Source: Bacilli bacterium
Lineage (GTDB): Bacteria > Bacillota_I > Bacilli_A > RFN20 > CAG-826
Length of the DNA: 64,000 nucleotides
NCBI GenBank assembly: GCA_049419605.1
Contig: JBMSKF010000004.1
Span: 3,264 to 67,263, forward strand
Reading direction: 5' to 3'
In this document: positions 1-12,978 of the stretch, in pieces
Numbering within the stretch: position 1 is the first letter of the stretch
Layout of the letters: every line of letters starts with the position of its first letter
Translations under genes and position numbers: made by a program
Notes under the pieces: model-generated
The model's database searches: none
What the model was told of the DNA's origin: nothing
The model's input: only the letters and a program-made list of their open reading frames with translations

Positions 1-181
1 TGATACCTTTTAAAACTTGATAATTGAATTTCCATTGATCTCTAGAAACATATTGATCTTTGGCATATCCAGATAATTCTCGTTCAAAAAAAACGGTTAA
101 ACGAAGATGTTTCGCCAATCCGTTAAACAAATTGATTTTATAGGGTGCAGGATGACTGAATAAAAAGAAACAAGATTTCAT
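1..181 (-). CDS. 5' end (about 60 codons) of an unidentified gene running off the window edge (MKSCFFLFSHPAPYKINLFNGLAKHL...)
   Basis: Open minus-strand frame from ATG (complement of 181-179) to position 1. It is truncated, so it is absent from the ORF track. Function cannot be recognised from this fragment. Confidence 0.3.
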   Translation of the reverse strand, partial: MKSCFFLFSHPAPYKINLFNGLAKHLRLTVFFERELSGYAKDQYVSRDQWKFNYQVLKGI

Positions 182-240
182 CTTGTATTTATTATACAAA
201 AATCCCAACTTTTCTTTGATTTTAGTAAGATATATGTAAG

Positions 241-906
241 ATGAATCGTACTTGGCAAAATTTCTTCATTGAAGAAAAAAAATTACCTTATGCCCATTCC
301 TTAAAACAATTTTTAGATCAGGCTTATCAACATAAAAAAATATACCCCCCAAGAAATCAAATGTATCGTGCCTTTGATTTATGTCCTGTTGATCAATTAA
401 AAGTCGTGATTATTGGTCAAGATCCTTATCATCAACCTGGCCAGGCAAATGGGTTGGCTTTCTCCGTGAATCCAGGAATTAAGCTTCCACCCAGTCTTCT
501 CAATATTTACAAAGAAATCTCTGTTGATTTAGGATTCAATATGAATATGCAATCTGGAGATTTAACCTATCTCGCAAAACAAGGTGTCTTATTACTCAAC
601 AGTTTATTAACGGTCGAAGATAGTCACCCTTTATCGCATCAAAAAATTGGTTATGAAATATTTTTTGAGCATGTTTTTCAATTGATTGAAAGCTTTGATC
701 AACCCATTCTTTATTTACTTTGGGGGAGTCATGCAAAAGCCTATCAATCTTGGATAACCAATCCTAACCATACAAGTCTGCTAGCTCATCATCCTTCTCC
801 CTTATCCGCGAATCGTGGCGGATGGTTTGGTTGCCGTCATTTTTCAAAAACTAATACTTGGTTGATTGAAAAAGGACTTCAACCAATTCATTGGTCTAAC
901 ACTTAA
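241..906 (+). CDS. ung: Uracil-DNA glycosylase, family 1
   Basis: 221 aa. Contains the hallmark family-1 UDG motifs GQDPYH (catalytic water-activating loop) and HPSPLSA (Leu-intercalation loop). Confidence 0.95.
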   Translation: MNRTWQNFFIEEKKLPYAHSLKQFLDQAYQHKKIYPPRNQMYRAFDLCPVDQLKVVIIGQDPYHQPGQANGLAFSVNPGIKLPPSLLNIYKEISVDLGFNMNMQSGDLTYLAKQGVLLLNSLLTVEDSHPLSHQKIGYEIFFEHVFQLIESFDQPILYLLWGSHAKAYQSWITNPNHTSLLAHHPSPLSANRGGWFGCRHFSKTNTWLIEKGLQPIHWSNT

Positions 907-930
907 AATATTTTTTTTGATATAGTATTT

Positions 931-1056
931 TCAACGGGAGCTAAGTTTGGCTTGGCTGAGAGGGTGTGCGATTCATACCGACCGGACCTGATCTAGGTAA
1001 TGCTAGCGTAGGAAAGTAACAAAGTTTTGTTATCCTTGCTAGCCAAGGATTTTTTA
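931..1056 (+). promoter_or_regulatory. TPP (THI-box) riboswitch with an intrinsic-terminator expression platform
   Basis: Conserved THI-box cores CTGAGA (about 955-961) and ACCTGATCTAGGTAATGCTAGCGTAGGAA (about 986-1014). These are followed by hairpin ATCCTTG-CTAGC-CAAGGAT plus a T-run (1032-1056). The GCTAGC in the aptamer 3' side can alternatively pair with the GCTAGC in the terminator. It lies directly upstream of a ThiT-like gene. Confidence 0.8.
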
Positions 1057-1073
1057 TTTAAGGAGGTAAAAAA

Positions 1074-1625
1074 ATGAAAAATCTAAGGCTGAATGTTCGT
1101 GAAATTGTGTTGATGGGAATGCTAGTTGCGCTGACGATTGTATTGGATATGGTCTTTAAAGTTTATCAACAAGCAAATGGAGGTTCTATCAATCTTGCGA
1201 TGGTAGGTTTAGTCTTGATTAGCCTATCTTTTTCTTGGTGGAAAACTTGGTTTGCGACGGCAATTGTTTTTGGATTATTGAGTTCAATCCTCGATGGGTA
1301 TGTTGCATATTATCTTTTTGATTATGCTTTTGCGTTAAGTGGATTTTTCCTAATTTCCATTTTTAGATTAAACATTTTACAAAAGAAGAACTTAAAAGGT
1401 TTACTGATTTTGTTGGGGACTTTCACACTGGCCTTTAGTTGGCGATTAGTCATGCATATCATTTCAGGTGTGCTTTATTTTGAAGTCGATTGGCTTGGAT
1501 CTTGGATTTATAATATTGGTTATTTATTCCCTTCATTTTTGCTATCCACATTTGCAGTAATCGTCCTATATTATTCGAATTTACTGACGATTATTCGCAA
1601 TTTAACAACGCAAAAGATGATATAA
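1074..1625 (+). CDS. thiT: Thiamine transporter ThiT, ECF-type substrate-specific (S) component
   Basis: 183 aa polytopic membrane protein (about 6 TM) of typical S-component size. Strong SD (AAGGAGG). Directly controlled by the TPP riboswitch. Confidence 0.75.
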   Translation: MKNLRLNVREIVLMGMLVALTIVLDMVFKVYQQANGGSINLAMVGLVLISLSFSWWKTWFATAIVFGLLSSILDGYVAYYLFDYAFALSGFFLISIFRLNILQKKNLKGLLILLGTFTLAFSWRLVMHIISGVLYFEVDWLGSWIYNIGYLFPSFLLSTFAVIVLYYSNLLTIIRNLTTQKMI

Positions 1626-1648
1626 TTTACCTGTTCAAAAGGTAAAAA

Positions 1649-2182
1649 ATGTCAGTTAAAGGTAGTTGGTTAAAAATCCAAAGTTATAAACATGATGGTT
1701 CCTTGCATCGTTGCTGGGAACGGAATTATGTTCTGCTTGAAGACGATGATTTTTTTGTCACGGCAAATCATAAAACCAAAGTTACCGAGGCAAATGGCAG
1801 AAGATGGTTTTCTAAAGAACCTGCGATTTCTTTTTTTAGTAAACGCGATTGGTTTAATGTGATTGGAATGATCAAGGATCGTGGTGTGGTTTTTTATGTC
1901 AACATCGCTTCACCCACTTTACTGCATCGCGGAATTTTAAAATATATTGATTATGATCTAGATTACAAATTATTTCCTGATGGTTACATCATGAGTTTAG
2001 ACGAACGGGAATTTGAAAAGCACAGTAAACGATATCAATATTCTGCTGAACTTAAAGATGTCCTTATTCGTTCTGCTGCCTTGTTATTTAAAAAGTTACA
2101 AGATCGAGATTATCCATTTCAAATGCATCGTATTCAAGAATTGTTTCAACAATTTATCAAGGAAAAGAAATTTTTATTCTAA
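1649..2182 (+). CDS. ntdp: DUF402 / YgaC-family nucleoside tri-/diphosphate phosphatase
   Basis: 177 aa. Matches remembered B. subtilis YgaC features (SYKHDGS.HR.WE, REPAI.FF, WFNVIGM, KYIDYDLD). Confidence 0.8.
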   Translation: MSVKGSWLKIQSYKHDGSLHRCWERNYVLLEDDDFFVTANHKTKVTEANGRRWFSKEPAISFFSKRDWFNVIGMIKDRGVVFYVNIASPTLLHRGILKYIDYDLDYKLFPDGYIMSLDEREFEKHSKRYQYSAELKDVLIRSAALLFKKLQDRDYPFQMHRIQELFQQFIKEKKFLF

Positions 2183-2610
2183 TGAAACAATCTTTTGAAC
2201 TTCGTCGTATTGAAGACATTCAACCCTTTGTTAACGCCATCATGCCTTGGTTAACGTTGGGGACACTGGTGACCTTGCAAGGGCCATTAGGGGTTGGTAA
2301 AACTACGCTTGTACAAGCAATCGCAAAACAATTAGGTGTCTTCAATCGCATCAGTTCACCAACCTTTACCATTATGAAAATGTATCCTTTAGAACGCCTA
2401 AATGGTCGATTACTCCATGTGGATGCTTATCGATTAGAAACACAAACTTCGATTGGTTTAGAAGATGAAATGGGTGAAGACACCATTACCATGATTGAAT
2501 GGCCAGAAAAATTAAACCCATTACCTTTTTCTAAAAAAATAGTCCATCTAACATTACGGTTTAAAGATGAACAAACTCGACAAGTTGATGTAGAGACGGT
2601 GACGTTATGA
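2182..2610 (+). CDS. tsaE: tRNA t6A37 threonylcarbamoyl-transfer ATPase TsaE
   Basis: 142 aa. P-loop GPLGVGKTT. First gene of the tsaE-tsaB-rimI-tsaD arrangement typical of Firmicutes. Its stop TGA overlaps the next ATG. Confidence 0.9.
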   Translation: MKQSFELRRIEDIQPFVNAIMPWLTLGTLVTLQGPLGVGKTTLVQAIAKQLGVFNRISSPTFTIMKMYPLERLNGRLLHVDAYRLETQTSIGLEDEMGEDTITMIEWPEKLNPLPFSKKIVHLTLRFKDEQTRQVDVETVTL

Positions 2611-3194
2611 AACCTTCACTTAAACTCATTTTGGATTCAAGCACTCCGACTTTATTTCTTGGTTTAATCCAAGGAGACCATATTCTAGGTCACCATGTCG
2701 AAGTTCTTGATCGTCAACATGCGGAATGGATGTTACCAAGGATTATTCAATTTCTGAATCGTTGGCAACTTCAACTTGCTGACATTACCGATGTCATCGT
2801 AGGTCATGGTCCTGGATCTTTTACAGGTGTGCGTTTATCTTTAACCTTAATCAAAACGTTAGCCTTACTTCAACCCTTACAAGTTTATCCCATTAACACC
2901 CTTCATTTATATGCATTTCATTCACCCGTGATCATGTTACTTGATGCGCGTGGAGGGCGACATTATGTTGCAGTCTATCAAGGAAGCAAAGCGTTAATTG
3001 CTCCCCACATTGTGAATGAAACGGCCTTAAGTGAAATCAAAGAACAATTTCCTAATGTTAAATCGATGACCATTAGTGACGCTATTCAAGAACCTGAAGC
3101 GGTATTACAACATCTTTTAAAAATGAATAATTCAATGATTCCTATCAAGGATATTCAAACCTTGAATCCGCTTTACTTAAAGGATTTGTTATGA
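2607..3194 (+). CDS. tsaB: tRNA t6A37 biosynthesis protein TsaB (YeaZ family)
   Basis: 195 aa. ASKHA-fold N-terminus (ILDSST..., GHGPGSFTGVRL). Position between tsaE and rimI/tsaD. Confidence 0.85.
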   Translation: MKPSLKLILDSSTPTLFLGLIQGDHILGHHVEVLDRQHAEWMLPRIIQFLNRWQLQLADITDVIVGHGPGSFTGVRLSLTLIKTLALLQPLQVYPINTLHLYAFHSPVIMLLDARGGRHYVAVYQGSKALIAPHIVNETALSEIKEQFPNVKSMTISDAIQEPEAVLQHLLKMNNSMIPIKDIQTLNPLYLKDLL

Positions 3195-3625
3195 CCATAC
3201 GACCAGCGACTCAAGCAGATTTACCAATGATACTGAAAATTGAAAAACTTTCATTTGCTTCACCATGGACAGAAGCACATTTTCAATATGAACTTCAAGA
3301 AAATCCTTATGCTTATGTTTTGGTTGCAGAAGCAGAGGGACATCTTGTTGGCTATATCGATTTTTGGATTACCTTTCAGCAAGCTCAAATTAATAATCTT
3401 GCAGTAGCCCCTACACTCCGTCAACATGGCATTGGAAAAATGATTTTACTTGATGCAATGGACCGTATCAAAAAAGCAAACTGTGAATCGATTACATTAG
3501 AAGTGAGAGTGAGTAATCACATTGCTCAGCAGTTATATCGTAAGCAAGGATTTCAAATTCTGTTAACGAAACCCAAATATTATGCGGATGGTGAAGATGC
3601 CTATCTGATGGAGAAAAGGTTATGA
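3191..3625 (+). CDS. rimI: Ribosomal-protein-alanine N-acetyltransferase (GNAT)
   Basis: 144 aa GNAT fold with acetyl-CoA motif RQHGIGKMIL. Conserved position in the tsa operon. Confidence 0.8.
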   Translation: MTIRPATQADLPMILKIEKLSFASPWTEAHFQYELQENPYAYVLVAEAEGHLVGYIDFWITFQQAQINNLAVAPTLRQHGIGKMILLDAMDRIKKANCESITLEVRVSNHIAQQLYRKQGFQILLTKPKYYADGEDAYLMEKRL

Positions 3626-4638
3626 AACCAACCTATATTTTAGGAATTGAAACAAGTTGTGATGAAACCTCGATTGCCATCGTCGATGGCGAAAAGGTTT
3701 TAAGTCATGTCACTGCTTCTCAAATTAAACAGCATCAAGCTTTTGGAGGTGTCTTTCCTGAACTTGCTTCGCGATTGCACACTGAAAATATTGGTTATGT
3801 GCTTCAAACCGCGATGAACGAGGCGAAACTTTCTTATGAAGATTTATCTGCAATTGCTGTGACCAAAGGACCAGGTCTTATTGGCGCCCTTCACATTGGT
3901 TTACAAAGTGCAAAAATGCTTGCAGCAAGATTGAATATCCCCCTCATTGGAGTTCACCATCATGCTGCGCATCTTGAAGCTGCAAGGTTTGTTCAACCGA
4001 TTCAATATCCTGCGCTTGGTTTGATCGTCAGTGGTGGGCATACTGAACTTGTTTATATGCCAAAGCCTTTGCAATATGAATTAATCGGTCAAACCCAAGA
4101 TGATGCGGTTGGAGAATCGTATGATAAAGTCGCTCGCATGATTGGCTTAGCGTATCCTGGCGGACCTATCATTGACCAATTGGCACAATCTGGATCCCCA
4201 CAATATGTATTGCCTTTACCAAAGGCTACTGGGGTTTTTGATTTTTCATATTCTGGTTTAAAAACTGCTGTGCAAACGCTCATTCAAAAAGAACAACAAG
4301 CAAAGCGAGATTTGAACGTGCAAAATTTAAGTTATGCTTTTCAACAATTGGTCATACAAACGTTAATCGATAAACTTAAACTTGCCTTGCAAACCTATCA
4401 CGTGAAATCCGTGATGATAGGTGGAGGTGTTTCTTTAAATCGAGAATTAAGAAAGCAGGCCAATCTTCTTGCAACTGAATCGAAAATACCGATCATTTTT
4501 CCACCCGCCTGGGCTTGTACGGATAATGGTGCCATGATTGCCTTATTGGGAAGTGAAATGTTAAAAGCAGGCATGGTATCGTCACTAGATCTTGGTGTTG
4601 ATCCCTCCTGGGAAATCCAAGCAAGCAGTCAAAAGTAA
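3622..4638 (+). CDS. tsaD: tRNA N6-adenosine threonylcarbamoyltransferase TsaD (Kae1/Gcp)
   Basis: 338 aa. N-terminal ILGIETSCDETS, metal-binding HH..AH (GVHHHAAH), SGGH, GGGVS.N. Confidence 0.95.
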   Translation: MKPTYILGIETSCDETSIAIVDGEKVLSHVTASQIKQHQAFGGVFPELASRLHTENIGYVLQTAMNEAKLSYEDLSAIAVTKGPGLIGALHIGLQSAKMLAARLNIPLIGVHHHAAHLEAARFVQPIQYPALGLIVSGGHTELVYMPKPLQYELIGQTQDDAVGESYDKVARMIGLAYPGGPIIDQLAQSGSPQYVLPLPKATGVFDFSYSGLKTAVQTLIQKEQQAKRDLNVQNLSYAFQQLVIQTLIDKLKLALQTYHVKSVMIGGGVSLNRELRKQANLLATESKIPIIFPPAWACTDNGAMIALLGSEMLKAGMVSSLDLGVDPSWEIQASSQK

Positions 4639-4676
4639 ATAAGTTATAATATCATTACAAAAAGTAGGATAACCAT

Positions 4677-6056
4677 ATGAAACAAACGCATCATATTCGC
4701 GCCCTTTATCGTCAAGTTCAAAGCCAATCTTTAACTGACCAATTACCAGTTATTTTATCTGGCTGGATCCGTACCAATCGCCAAAATGGTGCTATTGGAT
4801 TCATTGAATTGAATGATGGAAGTTTCTTTCGAAATGTGCAACTTGTTTATCACCAAAATTTAGGACCGCAATTTGATACCTTAGCCAAATGTGGAACAGG
4901 TGTCGCCCTAACCATCAAGGGATTGATTCATTTAACACCTACCAATAAACAACCTTTTGAGGTCGTAATTGAATCCTTTGAAATTGTTGGATCTGCTCCA
5001 GAAGATTATCCATTACAAAAGAAACGACATGGTTTTGACTTCTTAAGAGAGATTGCTCATTTGAGACCAAGAACCAATACCTTTACCGCGATGTTTCGCT
5101 TACGTTCTGTGATGTCGATGGCGATTCACCAATTTTTTCAAGATCGTGATTTTGTTTATGTGCATACCCCCATCATTACTGGAAACGATGCTGAAGGTGC
5201 TGGGCAAGTTTTCCAAGCCATTGTCGATCAAAAGAAGCCCAATGATTTTTTTAATAAACCAGCATCCTTAACAGTCTCAGGGCAGTTGCATGTTGAGGCG
5301 TTTGCTCTTGCTTTTAAAGATGTGTATACCTTCGGACCAACCTTCCGCGCAGAACCTAGTAATACCACTCGACATGCTTCAGAATTTTGGATGATTGAAC
5401 CAGAAATTTCATTTGCAGATTTACATGATGACATGAATTTAATTGAAGATTGCGTGAAGTATTGTTTAGATTATGCTTTCAAACATGCCCCTGAAGAAAT
5501 GGCATTCTTTAATCAATTTATTGATACGACCCTCGTTCAACGATTACAAACGGTTCGCCAAAAACCCTTTCAAAGAATGACCTATACCGATGCGATAACT
5601 GCCTTACAAAAAGCAGTCCAAGAGGGTGTTGAGTTCGCATACAAAAATATCAAATGGGGAATGGATTTACAAACTGAACATGAACGTTACCTATCAGAAA
5701 CGATTGCGAAAGGTCCAGTTTTTATCATCAATTATCCTAAAGAAATCAAAGCATTTTATATGCGTTTAAATGATGATGGTAAAACCGTTGCCGCCTGTGA
5801 TTTACTTGTCCCACAAGTCGGTGAACTTGTTGGCGGATCTCAACGAGAAGAACGCTTAGATTTATTAGAAAAGAAAATGATTGAACACGGAAATAAACAA
5901 GGATTAGAATGGTATTTAGATCTTCGTAAATATGGTGGAGTCCCTCATGCTGGGTTTGGCATTGGTTTTGATCGATTATTGATGTACTTAACAGGCGTTA
6001 ATAATATTCGTGATACTCAACCTTATCCACGAACACCAGGTTCCTTGTTATACTAA
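4677..6056 (+). CDS. asnS: Asparagine--tRNA ligase
   Basis: 459 aa class IIb aaRS. N-terminal OB anticodon-binding domain, AsnRS-type motif 2 region [21 protein letters not shown], motif 3 GFGIGFDRL. Confidence 0.93.
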   Translation: MKQTHHIRALYRQVQSQSLTDQLPVILSGWIRTNRQNGAIGFIELNDGSFFRNVQLVYHQNLGPQFDTLAKCGTGVALTIKGLIHLTPTNKQPFEVVIESFEIVGSAPEDYPLQKKRHGFDFLREIAHLRPRTNTFTAMFRLRSVMSMAIHQFFQDRDFVYVHTPIITGNDAEGAGQVFQAIVDQKKPNDFFNKPASLTVSGQLHVEAFALAFKDVYTFGPTFRAEPSNTTRHASEFWMIEPEISFADLHDDMNLIEDCVKYCLDYAFKHAPEEMAFFNQFIDTTLVQRLQTVRQKPFQRMTYTDAITALQKAVQEGVEFAYKNIKWGMDLQTEHERYLSETIAKGPVFIINYPKEIKAFYMRLNDDGKTVAACDLLVPQVGELVGGSQREERLDLLEKKMIEHGNKQGLEWYLDLRKYGGVPHAGFGIGFDRLLMYLTGVNNIRDTQPYPRTPGSLLY

Positions 6057-6063
6057 AATAAAT

Positions 6064-6240
6064 ATGTTTGAAGAACCACTCGAAGAGAATATCCAACAAG
6101 ATTTAGAAAAAGAAGCCTACGAAAGAAAAAAAATTTCATTAAGGCGAATGACTATTTTCATATGGATTGTGAATGTTGGTTTGGCCATTTATGTGGTCAC
6201 CCAAATCATTGCCTATGTGGAACGAATATTAAATTCTTAA
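6064..6240 (+). CDS. Hypothetical small tail-anchored membrane protein (58 aa)
   Basis: Internal ATG of track ORF 6010..6240, lying just after the asnS stop. Charged N-terminus followed by one TM (IFIWIVNVGLAIYVVTQIIAYV). No SD. Its stop overlaps the stop of the convergent gene at 6237. Confidence 0.35.
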   Translation: MFEEPLEENIQQDLEKEAYERKKISLRRMTIFIWIVNVGLAIYVVTQIIAYVERILNS

Positions 6241-6878
6241 AGTTTTTTAGCAACGTCATCTAAATTTTTCATAAAGATTTGATTGCGTTTATTTTGGATT
6301 CTTAAGGTTCTACCAATCAATGCGAGTGTTGCTCTCATTAAGAGTAATCCCCCAAAAAGGCTTAATAAAAAGATCACATAAGAAATCGTTGCCTCCGGAA
6401 CAAATCTAGGCACATTTAATAATGTGGGCCAATCGGAAATAATATTCAGCCCAAAGAAATTACTTGTAGGAATATTTGCCCAATCGAAAATTGGGAAAAT
6501 AGTATTAAAGCCACGTGTTTCGTAATCCAATAAGTCTTGGATCAATGTGGGGTCATTCATCAAGGTCATATAACCAAATAGAATACCTAACATGATTCCA
6601 ATGGTTAAAAGGGCCCAAAAGTAGTCTTTGAAAGCTTGTCGATGACTTTTTTTATAAGCAATTTTTGCGAATTCTTTTGGGGTGTTCACTGTACGCGTTT
6701 CATAGATTTTCCAAGTTTCAGCATCCACTTGATCACCATATTTTTTAATTAACGTTTCAAAGAACCAACCAATCCCACCGATGAGGGCAAGCGATAATAA
6801 TACCAATGCAATGATTAAATATAGTAATTCTAATCGCTGGTTAATGCTTGGTGTTGGTGTGGTAAAAATTAACATCAT
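6237..6878 (-). CDS. Hypothetical membrane protein (213 aa, about 3 TM)
   Basis: Long ORF with clear hydrophobic segments. Its start overlaps the stop of the upstream gene (4-nt overlap), so it is the last gene of a three-gene minus-strand operon. No catalytic motif recognised. Confidence 0.6.
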   Translation of the reverse strand: MMLIFTTPTPSINQRLELLYLIIALVLLSLALIGGIGWFFETLIKKYGDQVDAETWKIYETRTVNTPKEFAKIAYKKSHRQAFKDYFWALLTIGIMLGILFGYMTLMNDPTLIQDLLDYETRGFNTIFPIFDWANIPTSNFFGLNIISDWPTLLNVPRFVPEATISYVIFLLSLFGGLLLMRATLALIGRTLRIQNKRNQIFMKNLDDVAKKL

Positions 6879-7171
6879 TTCGTTCCTGTTGGCGCAGTGG
6901 GAATGGCGGGTACACCAGATTCTGCTTTATGCGTATTCGGTGTTTGCTTCATCATAAATTGATAACGTTTATGGGCAACTAAATCTTCCGGGAACGGAGT
7001 AAAGACTCCTCGGCCAGAGAAAAATAAATAAATGGATTTCATCGAAACACCAATAAAAATAATCAAACCATACGTCAAAAATAATCCAAAAACGAACAGA
7101 ATCAAAGGTGAAGAAACGAGGTAAAGGGCACCCAATGCAATCCGTTTAAATAATTTAACAATGATATCCAT
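6875..7171 (-). CDS. Hypothetical small membrane protein (98 aa, 2 TM, Pro/Thr-rich tail)
   Basis: Two hydrophobic helices. Starts 4 nt after the upstream gene's stop and overlaps the downstream gene's start by 4 nt. No family recognised. Confidence 0.55.
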   Translation of the reverse strand: MDIIVKLFKRIALGALYLVSSPLILFVFGLFLTYGLIIFIGVSMKSIYLFFSGRGVFTPFPEDLVAHKRYQFMMKQTPNTHKAESGVPAIPTAPTGTK

Positions 7172-7175
7172 GCAT

Positions 7176-8078
7176 TTATATTAAAGCATTTTGATGCTTT
7201 TGGGTTAATGAGTTGTATATCCCAATCATTAAAGGAAATAATGAAAGAAATAAAACAGAAAAAATACGATAAGGGCCTTCTAAAACAGAACTTAGGATGG
7301 CATTGATAAATGGATAGAGTACTAAGCCGAACATTAAAATATACACCGCATAACCTGAAGGTTTCATAAAGAAATACACATAGCTATATATCGTGAAAAG
7401 AGCTAAGGGACCCAAGCCAAAAAAACCTAAATTTGGAAAGAATAGAGTTGAAAAAAAAGTAAAAACAAACAGGATATTAAAGAAAATGAATTCAAATTTT
7501 GAAAAATGAAGTTGATAGTGAATGGGTAAATGAAATCTTTCAATCAAGGGAAAGATTAATAATAATCCAATCAAGACCTGCAATAATGCCACTGTGTAAA
7601 TAAGGATTGGATCTAAGACAATCACGGAACTAGTTCGATCTAAATTTAGAAATTGATAAATAATACTCAATAAATCCAGTTGATAAAGCTGTAAGGTGAT
7701 GAATTGAATGAAATTTAGAAGGCTAAACTGAAAAAAGGAAAGAATGATTAGCAGAGATAATAAGGTTGTCTTTTTTTTAAATGCCAGACCATAACCCATT
7801 CCTAGTATCCAATTTGGAAGGGTATAAAATAAGACCATTTCTATGAAGGGTTGAATAAGTAATAACGTTAAAAAGAAGTAAGTCAGTGAATAAATTAAAA
7901 AACCTTTCCAATCTACCATTAGGTAAACCATCAAGGTGATAAATGGCATGAAATAAGTGATCCAATAGCCAATAAAAGGAAACGTTGCATTTAACCACAA
8001 AATCATCACTTGTATTCCACTCATCATGGCAATCCAAGCGAGAATTTGATTTGGTTTTTGTAAATAGAACCTATTCAT
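7176..8078 (-). CDS. Hypothetical polytopic membrane protein (300 aa, about 8-10 TM, Phe/Leu/Tyr-rich)
   Basis: Continuous 300-codon ORF, almost entirely hydrophobic helices. First gene of the minus-strand trio. No signature motif recognised. Confidence 0.65.
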   Translation of the reverse strand: MNRFYLQKPNQILAWIAMMSGIQVMILWLNATFPFIGYWITYFMPFITLMVYLMVDWKGFLIYSLTYFFLTLLLIQPFIEMVLFYTLPNWILGMGYGLAFKKKTTLLSLLIILSFFQFSLLNFIQFITLQLYQLDLLSIIYQFLNLDRTSSVIVLDPILIYTVALLQVLIGLLLIFPLIERFHLPIHYQLHFSKFEFIFFNILFVFTFFSTLFFPNLGFFGLGPLALFTIYSYVYFFMKPSGYAVYILMFGLVLYPFINAILSSVLEGPYRIFSVLFLSLFPLMIGIYNSLTQKHQNALI

Positions 8079-8086
8079 AATTACCT

Positions 8087-8413
8087 ATGAGTAAAAAAAG
8101 TTTTATTTCAGTATGGATGTGGTTAATCGTAGAATGCTTCACGGGTAGTTTGTTTATTAATTCAAGTTTAACATTTTCACAACCAAGAAAAGATATTTTA
8201 GATATTACTTTATACTTACTTCCAAACTGTCCGCATGCATTAGAAGTTTTACCGGTTCTTGAAAAGTGGACAGAATCTGAGAATTTACCTCGGTTGCATA
8301 CCTTAGCACCCACACCTTACTACCCTTCACCTACTTTAAGAGTCGATTATAGAGAATATGGTGTAAATTATATCGGTAAAAACGAGATTTTTAGTTTAAT
8401 CAATTCTTCCTAA
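8087..8413 (+). CDS. Hypothetical protein; possibly a membrane-anchored thioredoxin-fold protein with a monothiol CPHA motif
   Basis: 108-aa ORF in a 400-bp divergent intergenic region. N-terminal hydrophobic segment. LYLLPNCPHA resembles a CxxC site with the second Cys replaced by Ala. SPTLRV resembles the cis-Pro loop. No SD. The competing antisense ORF (8071..8313) looks worse. Confidence 0.3.
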   Translation: MSKKSFISVWMWLIVECFTGSLFINSSLTFSQPRKDILDITLYLLPNCPHALEVLPVLEKWTESENLPRLHTLAPTPYYPSPTLRVDYREYGVNYIGKNEIFSLINSS

Positions 8414-8474
8414 TGAACCTAATTTTCATAGTATTTATGTCGTTAATTTGGTAAAATTTATTGAATAAAAAGCA

Positions 8475-12672
<4,198 letters not shown>

Positions 12673-12681
12673 TCAAATTCG

Positions 12682-12978
12682 ATGAAAAAAATTGATAAAC
12701 CTTTGTTATTAGACGCAAGTACACGATTACTTTTTGTGATGACCGATTCACAATATGACGTTTTAATCAATGAATTCGATATTTTATTAAAACAAATGGC
12801 GTTGATTGGAAAGATCCAAGGCGTCGATGAAATTGCACCGATGACTTTCCCTTTTGCTCAACAAACAAGTCTTCTTAGAGAAGATATTCCTGGACAAACT
12901 TTAACGCAAAATGAAGCGACACAAAATGCCGCTTTTGTCAGTGAAGGACAAATGAAATTACCTAAGGTGGTTGGTTAA
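12682..12978 (+). CDS. gatC: Glutamyl/aspartyl-tRNA amidotransferase subunit C
   Basis: 98 aa. Immediately precedes gatA/gatB in the canonical gatCAB order. Confidence 0.85.
   Translation: MKKIDKPLLLDASTRLLFVMTDSQYDVLINEFDILLKQMALIGKIQGVDEIAPMTFPFAQQTSLLREDIPGQTLTQNEATQNAAFVSEGQMKLPKVVG

Noticed and set aside
6010-6063. N-terminal part of track ORF 6010..6240
   Set aside because: It overlaps the conserved C-terminus of asnS in another frame. Only the part after the asnS stop (ATG 6064) is plausible as an independent small ORF.
8071-8313. 80-aa minus-strand ORF in the spacer upstream of pcrA
   Set aside because: Its 3' end overlaps the start of the 300-aa membrane gene. It has no SD and a Cys/Lys/Asn-rich, non-protein-like composition. 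The plus-strand ORF explains the region slightly better, and it may be non-coding altogether.
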